A stretch of DNA of 64,000 bases, taken from assembly GCA_963706575.1 (NCBI GenBank), contig CAVPNL010000015.1:448001-512000 (forward strand), written 5' to 3'. This document shows, one piece after another, positions 39,991-50,622 of the stretch. This DNA is from an uncultured delta proteobacterium. GTDB lineage: Bacteria; Desulfobacterota; Desulfobacteria; Desulfobacterales; JAHEIW01. The notes beneath the pieces were generated by a model. The model was not told where the DNA came from, ran no database searches, and saw only the letters and a list, made by a program, of their open reading frames with translations. The position numbers were made by a program, and so were the translations under genes. Numbering within the stretch: the first letter of the stretch is position 1; every line of letters starts with the position of its first letter.

Positions 39991-40992
39991 ATGAGAAAGA
40001 TAATGCTTATTGGTCTGGTTTTGATTCTGGCCATGGTCACCGGCGCTTATGCCGCCGATTTTCCCAAACGAAACATCACCTCGGTGGTGGTCTGGGGTGC
40101 GGGTGGCGGAACCGATACCTGCAACCGGATTATTGCTGCTGAAATGCAAAAATTCTTAGGGGTTAATATCAACGTGATCAACAAAACCGGCGGCGTCGCC
40201 GGTTCGGTTGGCATGATGTACGGGTTTTCCAGGCCCCATGACGGATACACCCTGACCGGCCTGTCCGAATCCAATGTCACCGCCGGCGTACAGGGCGGCT
40301 GGGATAAGAATTTTAATGTTTGGGATGTCTTTATCGTCGGCGGCTCACCGGACGTGATTTCAGTCACCCCGGACACGCCTTACAAAAGCCTTAAAGACCT
40401 GATCGAAGCGGCTAAAAAAAGCCCCGGCAGCATTAAAGCCGCAGCCAGCGGTGCCGGCTCCATCCATCATCTGAATCTGCTGGCAGTGGAAAACGGCTCC
40501 GGCGCCGACTTCAACTTCATTCCCTATAAGGGTTCGGCTCCCAGCCAGAACGCGGCCATGGCCGGTGAAGTATCCGTGGTCGTCACCTCTCTGGCCGAGC
40601 AACAGCAACTGCTGCGCGGCGGCAAACTGCGCGCCCTGGCAATGCTGATCCCGGAGCCATTCGAAGTCGAAGGATTGGGCAAGATTCCGTCATCTTTTGA
40701 TTCATATCCCGGATTGTCCAAATACCTGCCGATTTCCCAGGCCATCGGATTTGCCGTTCCGGCCGACGTCCCGGCTGAGCGTAAAGCCGTGCTGGTGAAG
40801 GCGTTTGATCAAGCCATGGCCACCGATAAGGTGAAAAGCTGGGCCAAAGATAATTACTACCTGCTGTCGGGCAAAACCGGCGCGGATTCAAAAAAGGTTT
40901 TTGACGGGCTTCAATCCAATTTTGCCTGGACGCTGTGGGAACTGAAGGCGGCTAAAGTCAACCCGGATAAACTGGGTATTCCCAAACCGTAA
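39991..40992 (+). CDS. tripartite tricarboxylate transporter substrate-binding protein (TctC/Bug)
   Basis: signal peptide, WGAGGGTD, DGYTL, SGAGSIHHL, IPYKG. Confidence 0.88.
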   Translation: MRKIMLIGLVLILAMVTGAYAADFPKRNITSVVVWGAGGGTDTCNRIIAAEMQKFLGVNINVINKTGGVAGSVGMMYGFSRPHDGYTLTGLSESNVTAGVQGGWDKNFNVWDVFIVGGSPDVISVTPDTPYKSLKDLIEAAKKSPGSIKAAASGAGSIHHLNLLAVENGSGADFNFIPYKGSAPSQNAAMAGEVSVVVTSLAEQQQLLRGGKLRALAMLIPEPFEVEGLGKIPSSFDSYPGLSKYLPISQAIGFAVPADVPAERKAVLVKAFDQAMATDKVKSWAKDNYYLLSGKTGADSKKVFDGLQSNFAWTLWELKAAKVNPDKLGIPKP

Positions 40993-41003
40993 ACATTCAA
41001 AAC

Positions 41004-41039
41004 GTGAGAGACAGGTATCCAAAGATGCCTGTCTCTCAC
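41004..41039 (+). promoter_or_regulatory. intercistronic stem-loop after the binding-protein gene
   Basis: gtgagagacaggtatc...gatgcctgtctctcac, no T tail. Confidence 0.55.
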
Positions 41040-41082
41040 CGTTACCGCTCAGCGTTAACCGAATAATTGAGGACCTTCCACC

Positions 41083-41847
41083 ATGCTGGAAAAAGAAAAA
41101 CTCCGAAAGGCCGACGTGTATTCCGGCATCGTCATTTTTCTGTTCGGCGCCTGGATTGTCTGGCAGGCATCAAAAATGCCCATGAAAGACAGCTGGGGCG
41201 GGGTGCAAAACGTCTGGTTCGTCTCCCCGGCCCTGTTCCCGCTATTTGTCGGCGCCATGATCATGCTGCTGGGTTTGTTACTCGTTAGAACCGCATTGAA
41301 AACCATTGGCATGAAAGCATTCGGCGACACCCTGCAATGGCTGTTCAGCCAAAACCTGCTTCAATTTTTAAATACGGTGCCCATTTTGCGGTTTTATGCG
41401 ATTGCCGTCCTTTTTTTGGCATTTGTTTTCTTGAACATCCCGCGAATCGATTTTTTCCTGAGCGCCGTTCTGTTTTTAAGCGTGTTTATCACGATGTTCT
41501 ACCTCGATAAGGCGGTGCTTTTAAAAAAGCTCTTTTTTTTCTATCTGGCGGGCACTGTCTTTTTTATTTTTTACTTTGCTGCGGGTTTAGAGGAATTGCT
41601 CAGCCCGGTCTTGCCTTTTGCAAAAGACATTCTGGCCCTGGTTTTTATCCTGGGGTACTGTCTTTATGCCTGGCGACTGATTCGCAGCAACCCGCTATTG
41701 CGCAAAAAATATCGAACCGGTTTGATTGTGGCGGTTGTGTCACCTTTTGTGGTGGGTGTGATCTTTAAATATTTTCTGCTGGTACCCATGCCGGCCGAGG
41801 GCATGGTTGTCGCACTTCTGGACGCGATCTGGTATTTTGAATTTTAA
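41083..41847 (+). CDS. TctB-like membrane protein (long form)
   Basis: hydrophobic, SPALFP and FLLVPMP motifs, lies between tctC- and tctA-like genes. Confidence 0.7.
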   Translation: MLEKEKLRKADVYSGIVIFLFGAWIVWQASKMPMKDSWGGVQNVWFVSPALFPLFVGAMIMLLGLLLVRTALKTIGMKAFGDTLQWLFSQNLLQFLNTVPILRFYAIAVLFLAFVFLNIPRIDFFLSAVLFLSVFITMFYLDKAVLLKKLFFFYLAGTVFFIFYFAAGLEELLSPVLPFAKDILALVFILGYCLYAWRLIRSNPLLRKKYRTGLIVAVVSPFVVGVIFKYFLLVPMPAEGMVVALLDAIWYFEF

Positions 41848-41876
41848 TTTTCGGCTTTGAAGGGATTCGCTTTTCC

Positions 41877-43442
41877 ATGATGATTTTCGAAAGAATCGGG
41901 ACCTATTTTCAGATGGTGTTTCATCTGGCAGCGGACCCGTTGAATATAATCGTTCTTTTTTGCTCCGTTCTGATGGGGATCATATTTGGCGCCATGCCGG
42001 GGCTGACCTCGACGCTGGGGGTGGCGCTTTTGACCGCACTGACCTACGGCATGGATACGGCCACCGCCATGCTCTGCCTGCTTTCCATTTACGTTGGCGG
42101 AACCTACGGCGGTTCGTACTCCTCCATTCTGATCAATATTCCCGGAACGGCCGCTTCCGCCGCCACCGCCCTGGACGGCTACCCGCTGGCCTGCAAAGGA
42201 GAAGGCGGCCGCGCCATTGGCCTGACCACGACCGCATCGGCCATCGGTACGATTATCAGCATGCTGTTTCTGGTCAGCATTTCTCCGTTAATCTCCTTCT
42301 TTGCACTGCAGTTTACTTCCTTTGAGTTTTTTCTGCTGGCGTTTTTCGGTATTCTGATCAGCGGGACCCTCACCAGTCCGGATCTGGTCATCAAGGGCTG
42401 GATAGCGGGTTTTCTGGGGCTTTTTCTGGCCTGTGTCGGCCGTGACCTTTTGCAGTTTTATCCTCGGTTTACCTTTGGCATTCCACAACTGGACAGTGGC
42501 GTTGAAGTGGTGCCGGTGCTGATTGGTGCCTTTGGAATTCCGCAGATTATTCAGGTCCTGAAAGACCGCTTCCAGATCGGTGAGACCCAGAAGTTTCAGC
42601 GTATCATGCCGGAATTCGGAACCATTGTCAGAAATGTTCCCAGAATTATCCGCTCCGCCCTCATCGGTGTCGGTATCGGCTCGGTTCCCGGCATTGGCGA
42701 AGACATCGCGGCCTGGGTGTCCTATGGCACGGCCAAAAACACATCCAAACATCCCGAGCGCTTCGGAAAGGGGGAAATTACCGCCGTTCTGTCCACCGAA
42801 GTCGCCAATAACGCCTGCGTGGGGGGTGCCATGATTCCCCTGCTCAATCTGGGCATCCCGGGAAGCCCCCCGGCGGCCATGCTGCTGGGCGCCTTGATGC
42901 TGCACGGCGTTACACCCGGACCCATGATTACCTTTGAGCACCCCACCTTTATCATGGAAGTGGCTGCTATTCTGCTGCTGGCGTCCGTAACGATGTGGGT
43001 GGTCGGGATGCTGCTGGCCAAACAGGTGGTTAAAGTGTTGCGGATCCCGGTCCAGCTTTTTATGCCCATTATTGGAATTCTGTGCATTATCGGTTCCTAT
43101 TCGCTGGGAATGAATATCTGGAATCTGTATCTGATGCTGCCGGTGGGAATTATCAGTTATTTTCTGATTGAAATGGGGTATCCCATCGCCCCGCTGGTCA
43201 TCGGCGTGATCCTGGGGCCCATGGCCGACGAAAACCTGCGACGGGCGCTAATGGTCTCCCAGGGAAGTTTTCTGCCGGTTTTTACCCGTCCGGTATCACT
43301 GATTTTATTTCTGGTGATCGTGTGGACCGTGGTCAGCCAGTTTCCGACTTATCGCAATTTTAAAGATAAACTGATGGGAAAAATATTTCGCCGCAAATCA
43401 AGCCAGGCTGACTTTGATGGCGACATGCCCGAGGCGGGATGA
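41877..43442 (+). CDS. TctA family permease
   Basis: GAMPGL, YGGSYSSILINIPGT, DGYPL, EVANNA, LGIPGS. Confidence 0.92.
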   Translation: MMIFERIGTYFQMVFHLAADPLNIIVLFCSVLMGIIFGAMPGLTSTLGVALLTALTYGMDTATAMLCLLSIYVGGTYGGSYSSILINIPGTAASAATALDGYPLACKGEGGRAIGLTTTASAIGTIISMLFLVSISPLISFFALQFTSFEFFLLAFFGILISGTLTSPDLVIKGWIAGFLGLFLACVGRDLLQFYPRFTFGIPQLDSGVEVVPVLIGAFGIPQIIQVLKDRFQIGETQKFQRIMPEFGTIVRNVPRIIRSALIGVGIGSVPGIGEDIAAWVSYGTAKNTSKHPERFGKGEITAVLSTEVANNACVGGAMIPLLNLGIPGSPPAAMLLGALMLHGVTPGPMITFEHPTFIMEVAAILLLASVTMWVVGMLLAKQVVKVLRIPVQLFMPIIGILCIIGSYSLGMNIWNLYLMLPVGIISYFLIEMGYPIAPLVIGVILGPMADENLRRALMVSQGSFLPVFTRPVSLILFLVIVWTVVSQFPTYRNFKDKLMGKIFRRKSSQADFDGDMPEAG

Positions 43443-43522
43443 TTCGTTGATGGGTATGGCACATCAATATTTTATTTCTCAATTATTCAATGATGGACAG
43501 GAGTCCCGCTAAGGAGGATCCG

Positions 43523-44488
43523 ATGTTAAAAATGGGTATTATCACCGGGTTTTTGTCACAGACCAAAGACCGCTTTCACGAGTATAACAAACCGCTGGAT
43601 CTCGATCAAAAGTTTAAGCTGATGACCCAGATCAAGGGTTACGACGGCGTGGAGATCGTTTATCCCTACGAGGCCAGCGACCCGAAGACCACCACCGAAA
43701 TTTTAAACAAACACCATCTCAACGTGGCCGCGGTAAATGTGAATGTTAAAGCCGAGCCCGAGTTTCGCAACGGCGGCCTGACCTCCCATGACAGAGCGGT
43801 GCGTGCTAAAGCCGTTCGTTTTATCAAAGAAGCCAAGGATTTTGCCGCCGCCGTCGGCGCCGACAAAGTGACCTGCTGCCCCCTGGGTGACGGCTATGAA
43901 TTTTCCTTCCAGTATGATTATGCCACGACCTGGAAATATTTAATCGAAACCTTCGGCGAAGCCGGTCATTACAAAACGGAAATACCGCTGTGCATTGAAT
44001 ACAAACCCAGCGAAACCCGCGGTCACTGTTTCATTGACACGGCCGCCAAAGCGCTGTTGCTGCTCAATGATATTCAGTCCAAAGACATGGGGGTCACGCT
44101 GGATTTCGGGCATTCCATGTATGGCAACGAAAATCCGGCCGAGGCCGTAACGCTTCTGGCGGAAAGCCCTTACCGATACTACATCCACATCAATGACAAT
44201 GACGGTCGCTGGGATTGGGACTATTTTTGTGGGACCAAGCATTTTTTAGAGTACGTCGAGTTTCTCTATTACTTGAAAAAATATGGCTACAACGATTACC
44301 TGACCTCGGATACCTCACCGACCCGCTGGGATATAAAAGGCACCTTCGAAGCCAACAGTCGCATGTCCAATAAAATATGGAATCTGCTGGGACGGATCGA
44401 CCTAGACGAATTTGAGGGATTGATTGCGGCGGGCGATTATCTGCAAACCTGGAAATTTATCGAGGCCAACATCTTTTCGTTAAAATAA
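43523..44488 (+). CDS. xylose isomerase-like TIM-barrel sugar isomerase/epimerase
   Basis: IEYKPSETR, TLDFGH, IHINDNDG.WDWD; ATG 43523 behind AAGGAGG. Confidence 0.85.
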   Translation: MLKMGIITGFLSQTKDRFHEYNKPLDLDQKFKLMTQIKGYDGVEIVYPYEASDPKTTTEILNKHHLNVAAVNVNVKAEPEFRNGGLTSHDRAVRAKAVRFIKEAKDFAAAVGADKVTCCPLGDGYEFSFQYDYATTWKYLIETFGEAGHYKTEIPLCIEYKPSETRGHCFIDTAAKALLLLNDIQSKDMGVTLDFGHSMYGNENPAEAVTLLAESPYRYYIHINDNDGRWDWDYFCGTKHFLEYVEFLYYLKKYGYNDYLTSDTSPTRWDIKGTFEANSRMSNKIWNLLGRIDLDEFEGLIAAGDYLQTWKFIEANIFSLK

Positions 44489-44522
44489 CGGCAGAAAAAA
44501 TAGCAAAGGAGTTTAGATTAAA

Positions 44523-45350
44523 ATGTCGCAAAAACCCATGAGCGTAGAAGAACTCGAGAAAATGGCGGTGATCATTCGCTGTGACATCATCGATATGATC
44601 TGCACCGCGGCTGCCGGACACCCGGGTGGATCGCTTTCGGCAGCGGATGTGGTCACGGCGCTTTACTTTCGGATAATGCGCATCGATCCCGAAAATCCGG
44701 GATGGCCGGACCGCGACCGCTTTATTCTTTCCAAAGGCCATGCCTGTCCGGTCTGGTATGCCGCCCTGGCAGAGCGCGGCTATTTTGACAAATCACATCT
44801 AAAAACCCTGCGCCAGATGGGCAGTATTCTGCAAGGCCATCCCGACATGCGCAAAACCCCTGGCATCGATATGACCGCCGGTTCTCTGGGCCACGGGCTG
44901 TCGGCGGGACTTGGCATGGCCCTGAGCGGCAAGCTGCAGCAAAAAGATTACCATGTCTTTGTGATCATCGGGGATGGCGAATCCCAGGAAGGATCCATCT
45001 GGGAGGCCTCCATGGCAGCGCCCAACTTCAAGCTGGATAATCTGACCGCTATTTTGGATTACAACCACCTGCAAAACGACTACAGCGTGGATGATATAAT
45101 GCCCATTCATCCGGCGGTTGATAAGTGGCAGGCCTTTGGCTGGCACGTTCTCGACATCGATGGCCACGATATGGCGCAGGTGGTGGCGGCCCTGGAGGAG
45201 GCCAAATCACACAAGGGGAAGCCGACGATGATTGTGGCCAACACGGTTAAAGGCAAAGGCGTCTCCTATATGGAAAATGTGTGTGAATGGCACGGCAGGG
45301 CGCCCTGCCAGGAAGAGGCCGATCAGGCCTTAGAAGAGCTCAGGAGGTAA
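44523..45350 (+). CDS. transketolase N-terminal subunit
   Basis: GHPGGSLS, DRFILSKGH, LQGHP, GDGESQEG TPP motif. Confidence 0.92.
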   Translation: MSQKPMSVEELEKMAVIIRCDIIDMICTAAAGHPGGSLSAADVVTALYFRIMRIDPENPGWPDRDRFILSKGHACPVWYAALAERGYFDKSHLKTLRQMGSILQGHPDMRKTPGIDMTAGSLGHGLSAGLGMALSGKLQQKDYHVFVIIGDGESQEGSIWEASMAAPNFKLDNLTAILDYNHLQNDYSVDDIMPIHPAVDKWQAFGWHVLDIDGHDMAQVVAALEEAKSHKGKPTMIVANTVKGKGVSYMENVCEWHGRAPCQEEADQALEELRR

Positions 45351-45355
45351 ATAAC

Positions 45356-46369
45356 GTGACAATTAGCAATTACCATTATCTTCGTCCCGAAATCGTATCG
45401 CTGCTGGCATCAGACGATCTGTTTGCCAAAGCCGAGCAGCAGCCGACGCGCTATTCCTACGCCGAAGCCATACTGGAGCTGGGGGAGAAAAATCCTAAAG
45501 TCGTGGTGCTCGATGCGGATGTCTCCAAATCGATAAAGACCAATGAGTTCGCCGATAAGTTTCCGGATCGCTCGTTTAATTTTGGTGTGGCCGAGCAGAA
45601 CATGATGGCCGCCGCCGCCGGAATGGCAACCACCGGTCTGATTCCCTTTGCCACGACCTATGCGGTTTTTGCCAGCATGCGCGCGCTGGACATGGTACGC
45701 AACAGCATCCACTACCCGAAACTGAATGTAAAGATCGCTGCCAGCCACAGCGGCATCACGCCGGGACCCGACGGTGTTACTCACCAGGGGCAGGAAGATC
45801 TGTCCATCATCCGCGCGATTGCCAATTCCACCATCATCGCGCCGGCCGACCCGGCCACCACCAAACTGGCCGTATGGGCAGCCGCTGAATATGACGGCCC
45901 AGTTTATCTCAGCTTTACGCGGGATCCGGTACCGGCGATCTTTGATCTGAATTACCCCTTTGAAATCGGCAAAGCTGTCACCGTCCGCGATGGAACCGAT
46001 GCCACCATCATCGCCATTCGGGACCTGGTGATTCAGTCGTTGATAGCGGCCGAACATCTGGCCGCCAGGGGGCTGAACGTCAGGGTAATCGACTGCCACA
46101 CGCTGAAGCCGCTGGATGTGGACGCCGTGCTGGCAGCCGCCTCAGAGACCGGCGCCATCGTTACGGCTGAAAACAATATATTCTTTGGCGGTCTTGGCAG
46201 TGCGGTTGCCGAGGTGCTGGTGGAAAACAATCCCATTCCGATGAAACGCATCGGGGTGCGGGATACGTTTGCCGAATCCGGTCCCTATCTGGATCTGTTG
46301 GACAAGTACGGGCTTTCCGCCCCACATATTGAAGCGGCCGTTGAGGAAGTTATCGCCCGCAAGCAGTGA
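45356..46369 (+). CDS. transketolase C-terminal subunit
   Basis: GVAEQNM, GPDGVTHQ, TLKPLD, GGLGSAV; GTG 45356 behind AGGAGG. Confidence 0.92.
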   Translation: MTISNYHYLRPEIVSLLASDDLFAKAEQQPTRYSYAEAILELGEKNPKVVVLDADVSKSIKTNEFADKFPDRSFNFGVAEQNMMAAAAGMATTGLIPFATTYAVFASMRALDMVRNSIHYPKLNVKIAASHSGITPGPDGVTHQGQEDLSIIRAIANSTIIAPADPATTKLAVWAAAEYDGPVYLSFTRDPVPAIFDLNYPFEIGKAVTVRDGTDATIIAIRDLVIQSLIAAEHLAARGLNVRVIDCHTLKPLDVDAVLAAASETGAIVTAENNIFFGGLGSAVAEVLVENNPIPMKRIGVRDTFAESGPYLDLLDKYGLSAPHIEAAVEEVIARKQ

Positions 46370-46496
46370 TAAAATTTTACCACAGAGCACACAGTGGGTT
46401 TCTTAAAATCAGATAATTCAAAAAGCCGGCTGTTGGATTTAAGCGATTTGTGTGGTAAACAATGCGTGTAATTTGATCTCAAAGGAGGTTGTCATC

Positions 46497-47642
46497 ATGG
46501 CTTCAAAGGAATGGCGGGTTCATAACCCCTCAGGCAAGCGGCGTGTCATCGTTACCAAAGAACTGCCCGGTGATCGCTGGCTCAACTTTCTGACCGCAGC
46601 CGATTGCAAAATCGAAATTTCCACCTCACCCGAGGTGCTCAGTGTCGATGAAATAATAGCGGCCTTTGGGGATTCGTGTGACGGCGCCATCGGCCAGTTA
46701 ACCGAGCCCTGGGGAGACGAATCGTTTGCGGCGCTGAAAACGGCCGGGGGGAGCGCCTATAGCAACTATGCGGTCGGTTTCAACAATGTGGATGTGGATG
46801 CTGCCACCAAACACGGTATCCCGGTGGGCAATACACCGGGGGTGTTGACCGAAACCACTGCCCAGATGGCTGTCGCTTTGACCTTTGCGGCCGCCCGCCG
46901 GGTGGGTGAAGCCGAGCGGTTTTTGCGAGACGGCAAGTACCAAGGCTGGCTGCCCACACTGTTTATGGGTAATCTTTTATGGCGCAAGACACTGGGGATC
47001 ATCGGCGCCGGACGAATCGGAGCCGCCTATGCCCAGATGATGGTTGAAGGCCACAAGATGAATCTGGTCTATTACGACCCGTATAGAAATGAAGCTCTGG
47101 AAAATCATCTGGACCAGTACAACAAATTTTTAAAATCGCAGGACCGGGCACCGGTATCCTGTAAACGTGCAGAAACCATTGAAGAATTGTTGCAGGAAGC
47201 CGACTGCGTCAGCATCCATACCATCCTGGATGACAGCACCCACCACCTCATCAACGTCGAACGGCTGGCGCTGATGAAAGCGGATGCCATCATTGTAAAT
47301 ACCAGCCGCGGGCCGGTCATCGATGAAGCCGCGCTGGTCGCGCATTGCCGGAAAAACCCGGATTTTAAGGCCGGCCTGGACGTATTTGAAGATGAGCCCG
47401 AGATGAAACCGGGCCTGGTGAATCTGGACAATGTGGTCATTGTGCCGCACATTGCTTCGGCCACCAGCTGGACCCGCCAGGGTATGGCCACGCTGGCCGC
47501 CGCCAATGTGGCGGGTATTCTGCAGGGATATCCGGCCTGGCAACGGCCGGATATTATGCCCTTTCTGGAAGGCGACTCACCCAAAGCGGCTCCCAGCATA
47601 TTAAACGCAGACGCTTTGGGAATTCCAAAATACCAGGATTAG
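46497..47642 (+). CDS. D-glycerate dehydrogenase / hydroxypyruvate reductase
   Basis: AVGFNNVD, NTPGVLTETTA, GAGRIG, NTSRG, GLDVFEDEP, PHIASA. Confidence 0.9.
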   Translation: MASKEWRVHNPSGKRRVIVTKELPGDRWLNFLTAADCKIEISTSPEVLSVDEIIAAFGDSCDGAIGQLTEPWGDESFAALKTAGGSAYSNYAVGFNNVDVDAATKHGIPVGNTPGVLTETTAQMAVALTFAAARRVGEAERFLRDGKYQGWLPTLFMGNLLWRKTLGIIGAGRIGAAYAQMMVEGHKMNLVYYDPYRNEALENHLDQYNKFLKSQDRAPVSCKRAETIEELLQEADCVSIHTILDDSTHHLINVERLALMKADAIIVNTSRGPVIDEAALVAHCRKNPDFKAGLDVFEDEPEMKPGLVNLDNVVIVPHIASATSWTRQGMATLAAANVAGILQGYPAWQRPDIMPFLEGDSPKAAPSILNADALGIPKYQD

Positions 47643-47927
47643 ATTTTAATTGTACTAGGTTATTTTTGACGATCAGCCAATCCCCAAAAGCCAGCTGCTC
47701 AATCGCCTGCCGGATGAATGACCGCAGGATTTAAGATCGGCCATTAAAAAAGGTGCTGAAAGCCGTTTTCCGAATCTGGCCTATATCGTTTTTCCGGTAA
47801 TGTCGGTGATGACCATGTCCTGATGGATGTGGTTCGTCAACTGAAAGCGGGCTTAAGGAAAAAAGAAGTCTGAACCCGCCGCATGACGCAACGGATTCAG
47901 GCCAAAGTGATTAAGCTTTAAACGGTT

Positions 47928-48971
47928 TTAAATCAACTCCACTTCCGGATTATGAAACTCGCTTGCATTGAAAAAGCGGTCGAAGTTGAATTTATTGTAC
48001 CAGGTCAGGTATTCCTCCTGGGGTCGGGTCCTTTCCTCTAATTCATTCCACACATCTTGCGGCATATCCCAGTCGGCGGGCTCCATGTTTTCTTGGAACT
48101 GTTTGAGGTTTTTGGCCCCGATGATCACGGATGTCACGAACTTGCGCCCCAGCGGCCAGGCAATCGCAAGTTGGGTCATGGGTATCCCGGATTTTTTGGA
48201 GACATCCTCCACAATTTCGGCGGTTTTGTATCCGGTGGGGTGCCAGAAGCGCGGGCCGTCCACTTCGGTGCGAAACGAAGCGCGGGACCCCTTTTCCGGT
48301 TCCTGCTGTCCCTTGTATTTCCCTGTCAGCAGCCCGCCGCCCAGTGGACTGAAGCAGGTGATTCCGATACCTGCATCGATCGCCGCCGGCATGGCTTCCC
48401 TTTCCAGCTCCCTGTGAATCAGGCTGTAGATGTATTGACCGGCCACCATTTTTTCCAGGTTGTACGCAGCGGATACGCCCTGCACTTTGGCCAGCTGCCA
48501 TCCAAAAAACATGCTGGAACCGGTATAGCGAACCTTACCCTGGCGCACGAGATCGTCCATGGCTCGCAGGGTTTCCTCATAGGGCGTTATCGGGTCAGGG
48601 ACATGGACGTGATAAAGGTCGATATAATCCGTTTTGAGGCGTTTGAGGCTTTTTTCGCATGAGGAGATAATCTGTTTGCGGTTGGCACCGAACTGCGTGA
48701 TTGCCGGCCCCGAAGGCAGCGAAAACTTACTTGCAATAATGAGCCCGTCGCGGTTCAGTTCGGGCATGAGGCTGCCAACGATCTCCTCGGATCGCCCGCC
48801 GGCGTAAATATCGGCGATATCCAGAGAATTCCCCCCCGCTTCGATGTAATTCTTGATGATTGCATGGGATTCTTTTTCATCGCATCCCCAATCCGGAGCG
48901 CCAAAGGTCATGGTCCCCAGGGACAGGCGAGACATCAGAAGGCCGGAGTTTCCAAGATGACGGTATTTCAT
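47928..48971 (-). CDS. aldo/keto reductase
   Basis: LGNSGL..SRLSLGTMTFG, DIADIY, SLKRLKTDYID, FSPLGGG; ATG 48971 behind AGGAGG. Confidence 0.92.
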   Translation of the reverse strand: MKYRHLGNSGLLMSRLSLGTMTFGAPDWGCDEKESHAIIKNYIEAGGNSLDIADIYAGGRSEEIVGSLMPELNRDGLIIASKFSLPSGPAITQFGANRKQIISSCEKSLKRLKTDYIDLYHVHVPDPITPYEETLRAMDDLVRQGKVRYTGSSMFFGWQLAKVQGVSAAYNLEKMVAGQYIYSLIHRELEREAMPAAIDAGIGITCFSPLGGGLLTGKYKGQQEPEKGSRASFRTEVDGPRFWHPTGYKTAEIVEDVSKKSGIPMTQLAIAWPLGRKFVTSVIIGAKNLKQFQENMEPADWDMPQDVWNELEERTRPQEEYLTWYNKFNFDRFFNASEFHNPEVELI

Positions 48972-49214
48972 AACATCCTCCTTAGATTTAAATAACGGGT
49001 ATGAGCGGACGGTTGACAAAGCTATTTTGAAACCACTTCTAGTTAACATGTTGAAATTGGTTGTCAATGGATTATTTTGGTGCAAACCGGTTACCGGTAG
49101 TTACCGGATAGATTGATCTCAAAAGAGGCGTTCAGCGGTTGATGATGTACTTCCCTTCGAAAGAGAATGGATGGAAGAATGAGGATATTGGGGATTTACT
49201 TTAAAAAGTCAAAT

Positions 49215-49835
49215 TTATTCCGGGGAAGGTTCCTGCTTATCAATACTTAAAAATTTGACACCAAAGCCGTCCGGGCTGGACCATACGACTTCGCCTTTGA
49301 CTTTGGCCTTGTGGTTCTTTTTTAAAGGAATCTCAAATGTGAGGATCTGCCCGGCGGAGAAATTTTCATTCGCTTCAATAAAGACGCCGGCTGAACTGAT
49401 ATTTTTTAAAAATCCCTCGAAAATGACCTCTTTAGCGGCGAAACGGATGGATTTGGAATAGGATTTGCGTTGATGTCTGCGGATATCGTTCCATCCCGTG
49501 GGATCGCTTTTTTGCGATTTTGCTTGGCGCGGATCAACGGTGTGTCTGGCCCCGTAGCCATAATAAAAAGCGGATTTTTTCAACTTCTTGCGCCATACGA
49601 TTTTTACGCGATAGCATTCGTAAGTATCGATAGAGGATGCAAAGGGCGAGTTATCAATTCCGACGAAAATTTCTTCTCCGGGCTGCAGTAAATTATCGGC
49701 CTCAAAATATAATCCGTTATCACTGAAGTTCATCATTTTGGCCCGGTGCATCACACCGGCCTTAATATTTTCAATGGTAACCGGGCAGCGATGATCGATG
49801 CGCACATTTTTTCTTTTTTCAGGATTGGTATCCAT
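49215..49835 (-). CDS. tandem PilZ domain protein
   Basis: EKRKNVR...NFSDNG and IRRHQR...NISSAG...GFGVKF. Confidence 0.8.
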   Translation of the reverse strand: MDTNPEKRKNVRIDHRCPVTIENIKAGVMHRAKMMNFSDNGLYFEADNLLQPGEEIFVGIDNSPFASSIDTYECYRVKIVWRKKLKKSAFYYGYGARHTVDPRQAKSQKSDPTGWNDIRRHQRKSYSKSIRFAAKEVIFEGFLKNISSAGVFIEANENFSAGQILTFEIPLKKNHKAKVKGEVVWSSPDGFGVKFLSIDKQEPSPE

Positions 49836-49962
49836 GTTAGTGTTTGTGTTTTTAAAGATTCACATTAAAAAAGCAGCGCCATAGCTTAGGACCCTGCTCT
49901 TTATTAACGAAGATGGTTTACTGAATCAGGAAATTAAAACTATCGCTTATTCCACTTCCATT

Positions 49963-50622
49963 TTATGCTGATTTCTTGACAATATGAATTGGAAGATATT
50001 TTCTCCTCAATTTGTCTAACTCGGCCCTAACGATGGTGAACATCTTGACGATGAAGGCGTTCATTTCCTGCATGGCCTCAAGTTGTGTCACGATCTCAGG
50101 ATAAAGATGTTTGCCTCTGACCCGTTTGAGTTTTTTTTGCATTTCCTTGGACAACATTTCAAACCCGGGCGGGGCGTTTAAAATGGCGTCCAATAATGCC
50201 TGGTTGCTGCCATCCATAAGAGATTTTTTAAAATGAGATAATATCTGCGATTCGGTCATGCCGGCAAGCCGATCACGAATTTCACGCTCCTTCAGAAATT
50301 TAAGGAGACGGTCACCCCGCTCCCCGGGATCTTCTGATAGTTTGGCCTCCAGTTTATTGATTAAATCCGACGCGCTCCGTTTCGATTTCAAAATTTCAAG
50401 CTTGGTGATGGCTTTTTCCAGAATCTGACGTCGGGCAATGTTGCGATCGTTCTCGCCTAAATTCGCATCGTCCTGAATTCTTTGAAATTCGTTCATGGCA
50501 AAATTGCGCATGAGCAAAATATCATTATACACTTTTTCAACGGAAGCGGCCACATCTTCAGGAAGAATTTTCTGGGCCTTTGCCACCTGCAATCGAAGCT
50601 GGGGAATTAGATCGTCAAGCAT
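49963..50622 (-). CDS. hypothetical helical protein
   Basis: 219 aa open frame, no recognisable motif. Confidence 0.6.
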   Translation of the reverse strand: MLDDLIPQLRLQVAKAQKILPEDVAASVEKVYNDILLMRNFAMNEFQRIQDDANLGENDRNIARRQILEKAITKLEILKSKRSASDLINKLEAKLSEDPGERGDRLLKFLKEREIRDRLAGMTESQILSHFKKSLMDGSNQALLDAILNAPPGFEMLSKEMQKKLKRVRGKHLYPEIVTQLEAMQEMNAFIVKMFTIVRAELDKLRRKYLPIHIVKKSA

